Source of the DNA: Vicugna vicugna
Lineage: Eukaryota
Reading direction: 5' to 3'
NCBI GenBank assembly: GCA_013265495.1
Contig: MU061579.1
Span: 5,764,963 to 5,828,962, forward strand
DNA length: 64,000 nucleotides
The position numbers and the translations under genes are program-made. Below, in pieces: positions 51,730 through 64,000 of this stretch. Below the pieces are notes generated by a model. It was not told the DNA's origin and searched no databases. It worked only from the letters and a program-made list of their open reading frames with translations. Within the stretch, counting starts at the first letter, position 1. Each line of letters opens with the position of its first letter.

Positions 51730-53034
51730 GTCGGTGTTCTCCTGGAGTGTGTGTGCTTTTAATGTGATGTCCTTCTGTCTTCGTCCTGTTTTGGAAGCTC
51801 AGCTTGTTTTCATAGGCCCTCCGTTGGCGCCCTCTTCTGTGCTGCTCCCAGCACCTGTCGGCAAGCAGATCGCGCCTCCTCCTAACACGGGGTCAGATGC
51901 AGCTCTCCTCTGCTGCGGGCGGGCGGGTCACTGCCCCTCCGGATGCCGCAGTCAGATGTTGCAGACTGGCCAGGCAGGAGGGCGGGTCGTGCCCCCTCCC
52001 AGCACCTCGGTCAGGGGTTGTGTTCCTGCCCGACAGGCGGGGGGCCGCTCTCCCCCTGCCTGCGCCGCCGGTAGCTCCGCTGCTCTGTGCGGCTGCGCGC
52101 TCTGCGCCGGCGCTCCGCCCTGGTCGCACTCCGCCCCGGTCGCGCTCCGCCCGGGTCGCACTCCGCGTGTGGGCTCGGGGAAGACCCAGGGGCAGCCTCG
52201 TCCCTGCTCCGAGCCAAGACCCAGCTGCTTGTTTGTCTTTGTGGAGCAAGTTCTCTGGGGGACCAGAATGGAAGGATCCTATCTGCCCAGGGCTGTAGGC
52301 CCGTCTCAGTCTGGCCCTTGAGGCTGCTAAGCCCTTCGGTGCGGACGCAGGTTTCGCCTCTGCCCCCGCCTGGGTGCTAAGCGCCGGAGAATATGGCGGC
52401 TCTGCCTGGGCCCCGCCCCTCTTCCCCTGAAAAGTTTCCGCGGGTTTTCAGAGATGGGGGTATGCACCCTTCCCCCGAGAGCACATCAACCTTGCTGTTT
52501 TATGGAGGGCCCAGGTTGTTCTGTCCTGTACACCCACAGCCCCGGCGCCCAGCCCCTTGCAGTCCCCCGGAGTTTCCTCCGTGCAGCCGCCCCCGTCCTC
52601 CGCCCAGATTATGCAGCCTGGCCCTGCCCGCTGCTGCCGGCCCGTGTCTCAGGCTGGGTGTCGGGGGGACGCTCTGTGCCCGTTTAACTTAGTTCTGTCA
52701 GACAAGGGCTGCTCTGTACAGATCCGAGCCTCGGAGGCTCCCCCTCCGTCCCGCTGGCCTCTCAGTTGGAGAGGGGAGACCCAGCGAGCAAGCGCCAGTC
52801 CTCCTTTGCCGCTCCCTCCCCGCGGGACCCGTCCCGCGCTGCTTTGCCTTTTGTTCTTTCTTTTTTCCTTTTCTCCTACCAGATTTTTGGCGTCTTTATC
52901 TTTTGAAGAGGGCGATGATCTGTTGGAGTTCCGCAGGTGCTCTGGTTGGCTGAGTGGGTCTGTAGATGTGGGTCTTGGTGTATTTGTGGGAGAGGGTGAC
53001 TTATAAGCGTCCTTCTACTCCGCCATCTTGCCCC
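51730..53034 (-). promoter_or_regulatory. L1 5'UTR internal Pol II promoter / CpG island
   Basis: Only CpG-rich, high-GC stretch in the window. YY1-type CAAGATGGCGG at the 5' end (53020-53030) and many GC boxes. Confidence 0.85.
52109..52166. repeat. 16-bp tandem repeat (about 3.6 copies) CGCRCTCCGCCCNGGT in the L1 5'UTR
   Basis: Units start at 52109, 52125, 52141 and 52157. Confidence 0.9.
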
Positions 53035-53600
53035 TATATTCATTTTATATTGATACATAACAAATTACTATAAATTTATCCAGATAAAGCAACACAAATT
53101 TATTATCTCATAGTTTCTTTGGGTCAGAAATCTGAGCACAGCTTAGATGGATTTTCTGCTCAGGGTCTCAGAAGCGGGCAATCAAGGCCCACCTTCTCGT
53201 CTGGAGGCTTGACTGGAGAAGAATTCAATTCTAAGCTCATTCAAGCTGTTGGCAGAATTCATTCCCTTACCGTTGTGTGAGTAAGGATGCTGCCTTTTTG
53301 CTGACCATCTGCTGGAAGCTGCCTCAGGTGCAAGAGGCTGCCCATGGTTTCTAGAGGCTGCCCACAGTTCCTTGCCAAATGAGCTTTCTCAGCATGACCT
53401 CTTATTTCACCAAGCCTGCACGGAGAATCTGATCTGGGGTTTTAATTATATCTGCAAAAGTTCTTCACCTTTCCCACATTCTATTGTCTAGAGGCAACTC
53501 TGAGGTCCCGCCACACTCAGCGGGAACGGACTACACCAGGCATGAACATCCATCCAGGGGCAGGAATCATGGGGCCCACTCCAAGGTCTACATTGCACAC
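53035..53600 (-). mobile_element. MaLR solo LTR (MLT1D/E-like)
   Basis: ATAACAAATTACTATAAATTT...AAGCAACACAAATTTATTATCTCATAGTTTC..GGGTCAGAAATCTG...AAGCTCATTCAAGCTGTTGGCAGAATTCA. Confidence 0.8.
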
Positions 53601-53624
53601 CAAGTGATGATAGTGATTTTGTTT

Positions 53625-53840
53625 TGTGTGGTTAGGATCATGGACTTTGAGGAGAACAGACGGGTTATAGTTCTAGCTCTAACAACTGTCACCTTTGTCA
53701 AGTTAAATCACTTCACTTCTGTAAAGATCAACTCCTCCATACATAAAGTATGGATACTAAGACCTACTTCATAAGGAAGACCACGTGAGATGATAATTCT
53801 CAGCACTTCCTCTCATACCTACCACTTACAAATAATTTGA
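53625..53840 (+). mobile_element. MIR SINE
   Basis: GTGGTTAGGATCATGGACTTTG...CAAGTTAAATCACTTC...CCTACTTCATAAGG. Confidence 0.65.
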
Positions 53841-56800
53841 ACTTTTAATTATTATTATAATTACTAAATATGTACTTTTTGAGTAATCATAATTTATTTT
53901 TTAGAATAAATAGATTAAAAAGATATGTACTAGCTGTTTAACTTTATTTTTACTAAGATCCTAGTTCTGAGCCCAAATCTGTAAAAGGGAATTTGATTAT
54001 ACTAGACCTATAAATAAATTATTTAAGTGGAAACGGCAAGAATTTTTTGTAGTCATTCAGCTTTTGAGTACTTTAAAATTAGCTCCAGAGGAAATGATTC
54101 TGTCTGTCAACACACTTGTTTTCCTACCAAGTTATCCAGCACTGTTTGAGGTTTTTCTAATCTTGTGTCTTTTTTCCCCAATTATGTTTCCCACTTTCCT
54201 CCTGGCTGCAGATTTCAACTCTATACAGTGGCAGCTTAAATATTTATAAAGCATAAGCTACAGACTTTCTTTCAAACCTGCCTTAAAATTGAAAAGTGAA
54301 ACTGAAAATGTAGTGATAACATCAAAAACAAATATGTTGACTTGGCGAATTCTGAAGAGCACAAAGAAGTTTTGGAAAACTGTGGTTTTTCTATCCCTGT
54401 TTCCAAATGACAGCAGGCCTATTTCTTCTCATAATACTTTGCAATTCTATTTTTAAATTGACACCAAAAAATCAATGCTGATAATTTCACAAGCTACCAA
54501 CTCTACTTGATCGTGAAAATCCAACTGGAAATTCACAGAGTTGGCGTCCCTTCCCTCCAAGGGTCCAGAATAAGGAAATGAAAGGGAGAAGGGGAACTGT
54601 CATTTGTTGAGAGTCGGCCACGTATGAGCCACTTTCTTTCACTTTTATAAATGCTTTTCTTTAATGCTTTCACTTCATGAAATGCATTAGGGAAAGATAG
54701 GAGTTCTAAAACATATGATCAATTTCATAATTTCAGATTGTAATCTTATAATTTTTTTAATCTTAGATTGATGTTTGTCAAAAAAATTCTCAATATTTTC
54801 TACTGCCTATCAAATCTATCCACAAGTTAAAAAAATATTTTATCACTGAAAAGGTGGACTTTGATACACACAAACATGCATGCACAAGCCCGTGTATGCA
54901 CACACACCATACCTATAAGGAAATTTTGAAGTTTTTTTTTTTTTTCAAAAAAAGGAAGGAGAGGGGAGGTATTGACTATAATTTAAGAAGTCTGAGGAAA
55001 ACAAGAAAAATTATGGGTATATTGAAGAGCCTTTGAATATGATTATGAAGTTTGTTCAGTTGTCCTGGAGGAAGACAACATGTGGTAGCACAGAGCTTCT
55101 TCTAAACTAGAGGATGAGTAGGTCTAATCCTGAAGCTCACCTAATTTATATTCTTTAGTATCAGTTTTATTGATAATAAAGATCCTACTTTAATTTTTAT
55201 CCACCAGAACCTTTTTTTTTCCCTTAACAGATGTTGAACTTAAGTGAAGAAAATAGAAATGCTATCCATTGAATTTCTTCCAACCCTAACAGAATGGTGA
55301 GTTTACAGTGATGACTTTTTTATATTAAATAATATTAATTCTAATCAATTACCTTTGATATATTGCATTTTGCCTTTTATGCTTATTTGTGTGTTTCTCA
55401 TTCTTGTATTTTGATTTTTTGATTATTGCTGTCTTACTGTTATTGTGACCTCCCTTTGAAAAGAAACAAGCCTACTAGGCTGGAACACTACTCTGCCTTT
55501 TTAAGCAAACATTATGGATTTTGAGTATTTGTTCTAGTCAGCAAGCCTATCAGAGTTCACAGCACAACTGACAATTAAACAGACACAGATTTTTTTAAGC
55601 TCCATTATTATAAACTCTTCATTCTGATTGTTCTGTTATCGTAGGTTCAAACAGAAGTCACAACCATTGGACAAATAATTAAAGCCAACTTAAACGCATA
55701 TTTATAAATAATAAGATCTTACTATTTATAGAACAGGATATAATTTCACAAGTTTTCCAATACTTTTTCAAATTCTAGCCTCTCATCCACTTGAAGGTAT
55801 ATGAATATATAACTGAAAACTATATTTGTCTACCAATCTTCAGAATTTGAGAGCTTTATGGCTTCACTATATTGACCTAGATAGGTGGCATTTGTTATCT
55901 TTACTTTATTATATAATTTTTTACAGAGAAAAACTCAATATGGGTTAATGAAATAAATATATTGCCAAAACTTGATTTTTCCTTGCAGTAAACCAATTCA
56001 ATTACTCAAATGAACCCATCGGGTATGTCATGAAAATGAGTAGCACCTTTGAATGTAACACAAATGTAGTAGCATGCCATGTCCAGCTCTCAGGAACTAA
56101 TGAGGCAGCTCACAGAGCTGCTCGAGTCACAGGAGACCTGTGAAGAGGGTCAAGATCTTTGTGATCATTGTTTGACAAGGCAGCCAGCTTAAGGGATTTT
56201 TTTTCTTTTTTATCAACTGCACTTCAGATCTGCTTAGTTTCTCTCCTGCCAGCTGTGTGTTCTCCCCTTTCTAAAGCCTCTCCTGTATTTCCTCGGGAAA
56301 TGAATGAGACCTGAGGGGTGAGTCTCGGCAATTATATCGACGTGACCCTGTTTTCCCAGGCAGTGCTGACCTCACAGCAGTTCCACGTCTCTCATTTTTC
56401 TCACAGATGCATCTTACACCAGCACCTTTGCTTGTGAGACAGACTGCAAATTGCTCTAAGCACAGACTTTAAGAAATTGAGAAAAACTTCTAAAGTCTGA
56501 AATTAGCTGTTATTTTCAACTGTAATTAATTTTATGTTAAAAGGATATTCTTTCGGTTATAAAGGATATTCTTTATAAAACACAAGATAAAATATGCGTA
56601 GAACCATTCAAATGCGTTATCCTTTTGTTCATGCTCCAAAGATGTAAAACATTTGAATCGCTTAGCAAAATACATCTTTCTTAAAGGTTAATCAGTGAAC
56701 CAGTTCTCTCCCCTAAATCTCTGCTTTTTTTTTCCTTCTATAAAAATCTAGGAAAATTACACAGTCTCAAAGATCCCTTCTTCTTCATTTGTTTTCTAAT

Positions 56801-57029
56801 TGTTCTAAGATGAAGCAGCAGAGTTAAATGACGGAACAGAGCCTGCACTTTCTCTCCCCAGGCTTCGTGTGGGACATCCTCTCCATCCCTCTTAGAGTTT
56901 CAGAGTCAATGTTTCTTTTCTGTAAGAAGGCAACATAATTGGATGCCATATATATATGCAAAAATTACTCGTTATAAGGATACTTTGAAATTCATTTCAG
57001 TTTATTTCATTCTCAGTAATGTTTCCTGT

Positions 57030-58970
57030 ACTACACCTTCTTCAGAACCATCCCAATGCCCTGCTCCCTTTACAGCAAACCGTCCTAAAAATTAGTTCTA
57101 CTGCTGCTGTTTCTAATTCCTCACCTCACTTCCCTGTGCGCATACTCTAGTTAGGTTCCAACTCTCCTTGTGCAGCTAAAACTTCTTATTAAGGACCACT
57201 GCAACATCCACACTGCAATCCAGTGTCATTTTAATGCACGGCCTCATTCAGGGTTGCAACAGGAAACCTATAACATAATAAAAGTTAGTGTAATTCAAGG
57301 AAGGTTGAATACAGAGTTTAATTACAAAAGGGGGGAAGACTCTAGAGTTACCACAGGAGTAAAATAGCACCCAAGGTTGGCTAACAGTGGCGCTATTATT
57401 AACCCTAATCCTGGAATGAATATGAAAGAACACATTTGCTAATTAGAAAGAAAACTGTAATGAAGATGGGGCCATGTGGAGAGGAGTTATGTCTTCCAAT
57501 AAAGGAACAAAGCCAGCCCAAGGCAAGCCCCCAAGAAAGGAGGTAGGAGATAAACATTCTGACTTGACTCTCGTCTTTCTATCTGATCTCATGCTGGGGG
57601 TCCCTGTTAACTGAGCTGACAAAATCCAGAAATCAAAAAAACACTCAATTATTTAGCACATCTCAGCCTTTGGGGATAGAACACAGGTAAGTGAATAATA
57701 AAGAGTGGACCTGGAAGGTTAAAGAACACATCCTTATATGCATCACCCCATTCACTCACCTCTCAGGAGTGCTCTACACGGTTGACCGCTCCCCACTGCC
57801 TAAAATGCTCTCTTCACTTGTCCTCCATGCCAGCACATCCTCTTAGGTTTCCTGTTAATTAACTAATCACTCTTTCTCTCCATCTCTTCCTCCACTCAAA
57901 TTTTAAGTGTTGTTATTATTCCAAGGTAGATCTTAGGCCTTCTCTTTCCATAAAACCTTATTTTATGAGTGCTTTAAATACTATAATTGTAACTTTTAAT
58001 TTATAACTCCAACATGGAACTTTTTGTAAGATTCACACTCACATACTAAACCATATGTACCAGATGTCCAAGAAGAAACCTCAAAATTAATATTTAAAGA
58101 ATAGAACAATCCCCCTCCTCTCCTCCCATCCCTGCCCAAGTTGTTATTTTCTTCATCTTATCCATCCCTCTAAACAGAGCCACCATCTACCTTCTTGTTC
58201 AAACTGAAAATGGAGAATCATTCCTACTTTCTTATTTTTCTTTCTGTGTCACAATCTTTCCATTTGTAAGTCCTGTAAGCCCTATCTCAAAAACGTACTC
58301 CTCAGATACTCTTCTCTCTCCATTCATCACCATTTCTGATGTAGATTTCAGAAGTAGCTTCATGACAAATCTCTTTACCCTGCTACACTCTCTACACAAA
58401 ATTCCCAAGAAACCAAAACTGACTCTTGAAAAATATAAATCAGATAATGTCCCATTTTTGCTTGGAATCTTCCAAGCTTCCTTTTTGCATACGGACTCAA
58501 ATCCAGATGTTTCATCATAGTAAAAATTTCCTGCATGACTTGCTGCCTACTGAGCTCTTTGGCCTAATCCACTCTTCTCCCAGTGGTTCTTCACTCCTTT
58601 GCTTCATGGGCTTTCTAACTATTTTTTGCCCTCACTGTTTTCTCACTTGGATCCTCTGTTCTGTCATCCCTTTAGGGCTCACTCTATTACTCTTTCATTC
58701 AGATCTCTGCCCAAACACACCTCCTTAGTAAGACCTACTCTGACCACCCAATCTAAGTTATCACCCAAGTCATGTTGTTTTGTTGTGTTTCTAGCAGTTA
58801 TCAGTTTTCTTGCCTCTATACTTTTTGTTTTTTTCTGTTTCTCTTCACTAAAATGTAAATTCCATGAGATCTGTGATTTTATCTTGTTTGTTCACAGCTA
58901 TAACCCCAGCATCTAGAGAAAAGTGACTCAGAATAGATACTGATTTTGTTTGGTGTAGAATGAATGAATT
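57030..58970 (+). mobile_element. L2 LINE (about 1.5 kb) interrupted by a probable LTR near 57245-57720
   Basis: TGTAAATTCCATGAG...TTTTATCTTGTTTGTTCACAGCTATAACCCCAGCATCTAG...GAATGAATGAA terminus; CT-rich body. Confidence 0.75.
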
Positions 58971-60609
58971 CTTTAGTTTCAGTATTCAATTATAGTTCCA
59001 TGTAAGGGAGAAGATGGGTGGTCTTTTAAAAGGAAAAACATAGGACATAAATTTTTTTCCAAGCAGGAAAAGAACAATTAAATGATTTGAAGGAAAAGGA
59101 CAGGAACTGAGAAATGTGTCCTAGATCCCCTGTCTGGGCAGAAACTCTGAAGCCAGCAAAAGCTAGAAATAACCAGATATACTAGGGGTTTTGTTTATCA
59201 CTTACAAAATTGGAAGCTTTTAAGCATTTTAGAGAAAGGCAGAGTCCTCTGCTGCATTCCAGATGGTCATGATGCAAAGGAGGGACTCCCAGTAGAGCAC
59301 CAAAGGACTATTAAGCGTGCCATATGATAGTTCTTGTGGTGCTAATATCAATAGTGTCACTGAGCTCACCAAGAACTGGAACCAACAGAGAGCAAACCAT
59401 AAATTTGATTACCTGCAGATTTTAGCAGTAGATATCAGTACCTTGCCCAAAAGAAGATAGCAACATGTCATCATTAGATACTCAAAGACTAAGGCAATCA
59501 AAGTTAGGCAATGAAACAATTTTACCTATTGCCATGAGAATATACAATTCTTAACACCAAAGAACATTCCACTTTCCTAGGTCCAGTAATACTGAGTTCA
59601 TATTTTCAGCCAAATTTGTGAGACATAGTAGCTTCTTCCTGCAATAAACTTGCTTGGCTTTAAGAAATTTGATAAGCAAGTAACACCATAGATTTTAAGA
59701 AACACAACAGAAAACCAGGTCGAGCATCTGAACATCCTGAAATCACTCTGTCCTTGAGACGTGCAAGGTCACAATGATGATTAGATGTGTTCAACCTCAG
59801 CTTAGGGAAGTCATCAGATCTAAACTTCTTTTCAGCTTTTTTCCCTAAATTATAGACTTAGAAATATGTGACTCGCTTCTGTTCTCTGGTTTAGGTGCAT
59901 CTCGTCAACACCAGTTAGTCATCACTCATTAGTCAATATTTATATTAAAGTCTAGGTGTTGCTCTAATACACAGTTATTGGCCATATTCTCATTTCCCTT
60001 GGATACTGTATTCTCCTAGAAACTTCCTAAGTCAGTGTTACAAGGGGTATTTGACCAAAGGTCCTTTGGCATTTCAGAAAGTAGAAGAGAGAAAAAAGAA
60101 TTATCTATTTACCCTCCCCCTCCTCCAAGTTCACCGTCTAATCATTGTCAATATCCCTTAGTTAATATTTCTCAGCATTTTCCTAAAATGTATATTAGAG
60201 CAATTTCTATAACATTTAATGCATAATAATAGACATACAAAAATACTATCAGTCATTATCATTTGTATCAGTCAATAAGTTAGAAAAAATATGGTTATTG
60301 TGATCATACATGCTTAATTTTTTTAACGTTCTGTTACCAACTAGACTATTTTCCCCTCTCCTCTTTATCCTACTTGTATTTTTTATAGGTACTAGCAGAG
60401 GTATATAACACTCCAAAGGCACAATTATTAGTCTTTCAGCTCATCAGTCTTCAAGGACATTTTATCAATTGTGGCTTTTAAAACAATTTGCAGAATAATT
60501 TCCATCCTGGGTTTATTATCTATGTAAGCTTTACTTTCACTTATCTCTATAAGTAAATGTATGAATTCTTTACCAAATCATATGGCTTTGGGAATCATAT
60601 CCAGAGTCA

Positions 60610-61100
60610 TTATTTTGGTTATTGACTGCTAAATAAGAAGCCACCTCAAAATTTCGTAGCTTAAAAAAACACTTTAAAACTTTTTTTTAATCTTTCCTTG
60701 TTTTGTGAATTCACTGGGATGTACTGGGAAGTTGTTTCACTGGCTTCACCTGGAGTGTCTCATACAACTGCAGTGAGAGGACAGCTGGTGCTGAAGACCC
60801 TGGAGTCTCAGTGTGATGATGGGACTCCTGCATCTTTCCCTGTCTTCATGTGACTTCAAGGCTTCTCCTCTCCAAGTGGCTTCTCCATAGGCTCTCTCCA
60901 TATATTCAGCAGAGTAGTCGTACCTCTTACATACTACCTCAGAGCTTATGATCGTGAGAGGAAGCAGCAGCTGCCTGTCATCTTGAAGTCTAGACATGTA
61001 ACGGGTGCAGGGAACCTCTCCATAGTCTATTGGTCAACATGAGTTACAGGCCAGCCCACATTCGAAGTATAAGTAGACTATACAGGGGACATCCTAAAGG
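60610..61100 (-). mobile_element. Old MaLR-like LTR (MLT1 family)
   Basis: CCACCTCAAAATTTCGTAGCTTAAAA start, and CTATTGGTCAA..GAGTTACAGGCCAGCCCACATTC near the other end. Confidence 0.6.
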
Positions 61101-61599
61101 CCAACTTTAATTTATCCCCAAATTCCCACAAAGATTTCCAGAATTGCATTCTCCATATATGGGTATTCTTAAATATCCAATTATCTAGGATCCAGTTTCC
61201 AGACTATACAACAAAACTGTTGGCCAAAACCCAAGCAGAAGTGAGAGCCTAATTCTTCCTTCAGTACCAGATACACTATTCTCATTTCTGCTCATTGTAC
61301 AGGTTCATCTTTTCCTTTCTCAGCCAAAGTGAATAGCAGCAGACTTTCAAATGACACTGTGTTCCTTATTTTGAGATTTCCATCAGTCAACCAGGCAGTT
61401 TGTTCCATGCTAAATTCATGGAGAATATTTAAATATATTTTATCCATTAATAGTTACTGACCATTTCTTTGGGGATTGCCTATCCAAAAGCAGAGATGTA
61501 ACCTGTCCTTGGTTACGATACATAGGTGGCATATTACTGTAATCTATTTCTACATTATCTTTGAGCTTTGCTGAACTGGTCCATCCCTATTGAAATACA

Positions 61600-62330
61600 A
61601 CTATGACAGAAAAGGCATTTCAGTTCTTAGCTTATTTGATGTCTCCCAGTGGTGATGTTTCACCAAAGTTCATTAGCAGGTTGTCATATGTCCCTCAAAG
61701 GAGCTATAGCTCTCCACTGCATCAGGTAACTTATGAGCCCAAAGCTTCAGTGATCACTGCTGTGGGAAAATACTAGATTTCTGCAATAGACCCCATCCTC
61801 TTTCTGTCTGTATAGCGGTTACTTCCATAATCATTTGTGCAGTAACATCAGATGGCCTTAATGATGCTGCTTGAGTTCAGCCTGCTACATGCCTAAGTGC
61901 TCTGGACCACATGTCAATGTGCGACTTCATGTCTCAGGACTAAAAGGAGGCTCCAGGAGAGCAGACATCAAGATTTTAATGGGTCCAACTAAATCCAAAT
62001 GACCTGATAATAAATTATGCATTTTTCTTATCAGTAGGGTCTGGTATAGACTATAGCATATTCCATAATTTCTGTGGAATGTCACGGAATGTCCCATATG
62101 GCTACAGACCGAGTCATTCACAAATTTAACTGATTGGGTTGGGCCCTATCTTTTAGCTTCATCTAATCATATGCATCATCACAATTCTTAAATAATTTAT
62201 AACGTCTTCCTCTGATCAATCAATGTTATGGATTCACTAACTTTAGTCATTGACCAAATCTGTATGGCATCTCACTGGGCTATGACATATGCCTGAGAAC
62301 CCTAATAGGAGGATGATCAGTGCTTGGAGA
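61600..62330 (-). pseudogene. Degenerate ERVL-like pol (RT/connection) remnant
   Basis: Hand translation of the minus strand across frames gives HSPVRCH, GPTQSVKF, PTDKKNA*FIIRSFGF, GPEH and QAASLRPSDVTAQMIMEVT. These are collinear with ERVL Pol NSPALCH, GPSTSVKF, PTTKKEAQRLVGLFGF, GPEQ and QAALPLGPYDPADPMVLEVS as recalled. Confidence 0.65.
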
Positions 62331-63381
62331 CTTCCTTCTAAAACTGGCATGGAAAGAAAGTCTCGACCACGTCTCTTAGAACATCCCAGTAGAGTTGACG
62401 TTAATTTGTTAGAATTCCTGAATTCCAACACTATATGTGACATGCAGAAGCTATTTTATTCAAATCAAATAGATTTTCCCCTTTGATTTGTTTAAAAACA
62501 TACTAATAAGAGGAAGAGAGGTATTTAAGAGAAAGACTAGAACCATAACCTAAAACACTATAGGCAAAATATTGAGTGGTTTATCAGTCTGTTCTATTCA
62601 CAGTTATGTTCTCTGAAGTTACACCAGACTATTCTAATTGTCAAACTCGCAACATCTATCACTTTTTTTTAAATGCATCTGATTTACTTCATGTCTGCTC
62701 CTAAAACTGTAACTTATTCTTAGATCTAATTGTCCACCTTTTTCCAAATATATTTTTCTTTACTTTGTAGCACTAGAAATCACAGTCTTATTTTTTTAAT
62801 CACTTTTATCATTTCCTGAATAATAGGAACGATTAGGAAGGGTGATATAATATTTCTCAATATAGGTATTCCTATAAAGTAAAGAACTTATATGTACACG
62901 TGTACAAGTTTAAAGTGGAAAAAGAAATAATCAGAAGGTAAGTCTAAAATAAGCACTGTTTTGGGGGGCAGGGGGGTTGTTTTTTGTAATTCTTACCCTA
63001 GAGGCTATAAACAGATGAGATAGGTTCTGAGAGCTACGTAATAAAATTGGAGCTAAAATTTTAATTTTCTTTACTATTTTGAAAAACTGTTGTGTGCTGT
63101 TAAAGTGTACACTATGAAAATATGTTTAATTTTTGGCATTGTGTGAAAAAATAATAATGTAATTATAAATGAAATTGTAAATTAAATGAGGAACAACCAT
63201 ATTTCTCTTATGGAAGAAACCAGCTAGGAACACATCATCTGTTTACATTTACTCATAGTCATATGTAAACCTCAAAGAAAGAAGGAAGGAAGAAAAGAAA
63301 GAGAATCACCTTTAGGATAAATTTCTTTATCACCCAATTCAGATTACCAACGGATCAACTGATGTAAAGAAGTACCCTCTT

Positions 63382-63778
63382 TGTTATAGACTGAATGTGT
63401 CTGTTCCTCCAAAAGTCATGTTAAAGCTTTAACCCCAAATTGTGATTATATTGGAGGTAAGGCCTTGAGGGGTATACAGGGTTAGATGATGTCACGAAGT
63501 TGAAGCCCCCATGATGAGATTAGTGATGAGATTTCTTCCTACAAGAAGAAGAAAAAAAGCTAGAGCTTTCTTTCTCTGCTCACACACAAAGAGATCATGT
63601 GAGCACAAAGTGAGGTGATTACCTACAAGCCCCGAGGCCTCAGAATAGAACCTGCTTTGCCATCATGGCACCTTGATCTAGGACTTCCCAGCTTCGAGAA
63701 CAGTGACAAACAAAATTCTATTACTTAAGCCACCCAGTCCATGGTATATTTTCATGGCAGCCTGAGCTGTCTGAGCCA
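63382..63778 (+). mobile_element. MaLR solo LTR (MLT1A-like)
   Basis: TGTTATAGACTGAATGTGT...GGCACCTTGATCTAGGACTTCCCAGC...TTAAGCCACCCAGTCCATGGTAT...GGCAGCCTGAGCTG. Confidence 0.85.
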
Positions 63779-64000
63779 CTCCCAGAGATGTCTGGGTTCT
63801 GAGTTGCAACAACTGCATGCTATGTAAGTCTGAGCAAGGTTTTATTTTAGCTCTTTTAAACTTAGGGCTGTCTCCCCCTATGGGAGTGTATGGAATGGAA
63901 GATGAGATGATGATATTTTCTACATATAATTTTTACTATTTATAATTGAATAATAAATAACAAAATACATTAAGTGTCTAGAACATCACAGAAATTTCTT

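Larger units (their letters stand above)
45833..53034 (-). mobile_element. Full-length LINE-1 retrotransposon, both ORFs intact
   Basis: 5' end GGGGCAAGATGGCGG, GC-rich 5'UTR, ORF1, spacer, ORF2, and 3'UTR with AATAAA (45849-45854). Perfect 16-bp TSD TATATTCATTTTATAT at 45817-45832 and 53035-53050. Confidence 0.99.

Noticed and set aside
51728..53006. Other long ORFs in the L1 5'UTR (197, 149, 133, 118 aa)
   Set aside because: Those I checked (149, 118 and 197 aa) start at TTG, and stop-poor frames are expected in GC-rich DNA.

Overview
AT-rich, repeat-dense mammalian DNA. It is most likely camelid, because two tRNA-derived SINEs have the Vic-1 layout. I can support no host protein-coding gene, so the window looks intergenic or deep intronic. 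The dominant feature is a full-length LINE-1 of about 7.2 kb on the minus strand (45833-53034). It has a perfect 16-bp TSD, a CpG-rich 5'UTR, and uninterrupted ORF1 (300 aa) and ORF2 (1265 aa) with EN, RT and CCHC motifs intact, so it is a candidate retrotransposition-competent element. It also has unusual architecture: a 397-nt inter-ORF spacer holding a 73-codon ORF whose stop overlaps the ORF2 start, an antisense YY1/Kozak ATG opening a 99-codon ORF0-like frame, GC-box tandem repeats, a YADD RT motif and almost no poly(A) tail. Five 5'-truncated L1 copies of different ages are also present, one with a probable short 3' transduction and one with clustered templated insertions. The rest is ERV1-like solo LTRs, many MaLR LTRs, a degenerate ERVL-like pol, L2, MIR and DNA-transposon fossils, plus a few unexplained local structures (22-bp perfect palindrome, 65-bp local duplication, POU/bHLH motif cluster). 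Repeat family names come from my recall of consensus sequences, not database searches, and boundaries of old repeats are approximate.
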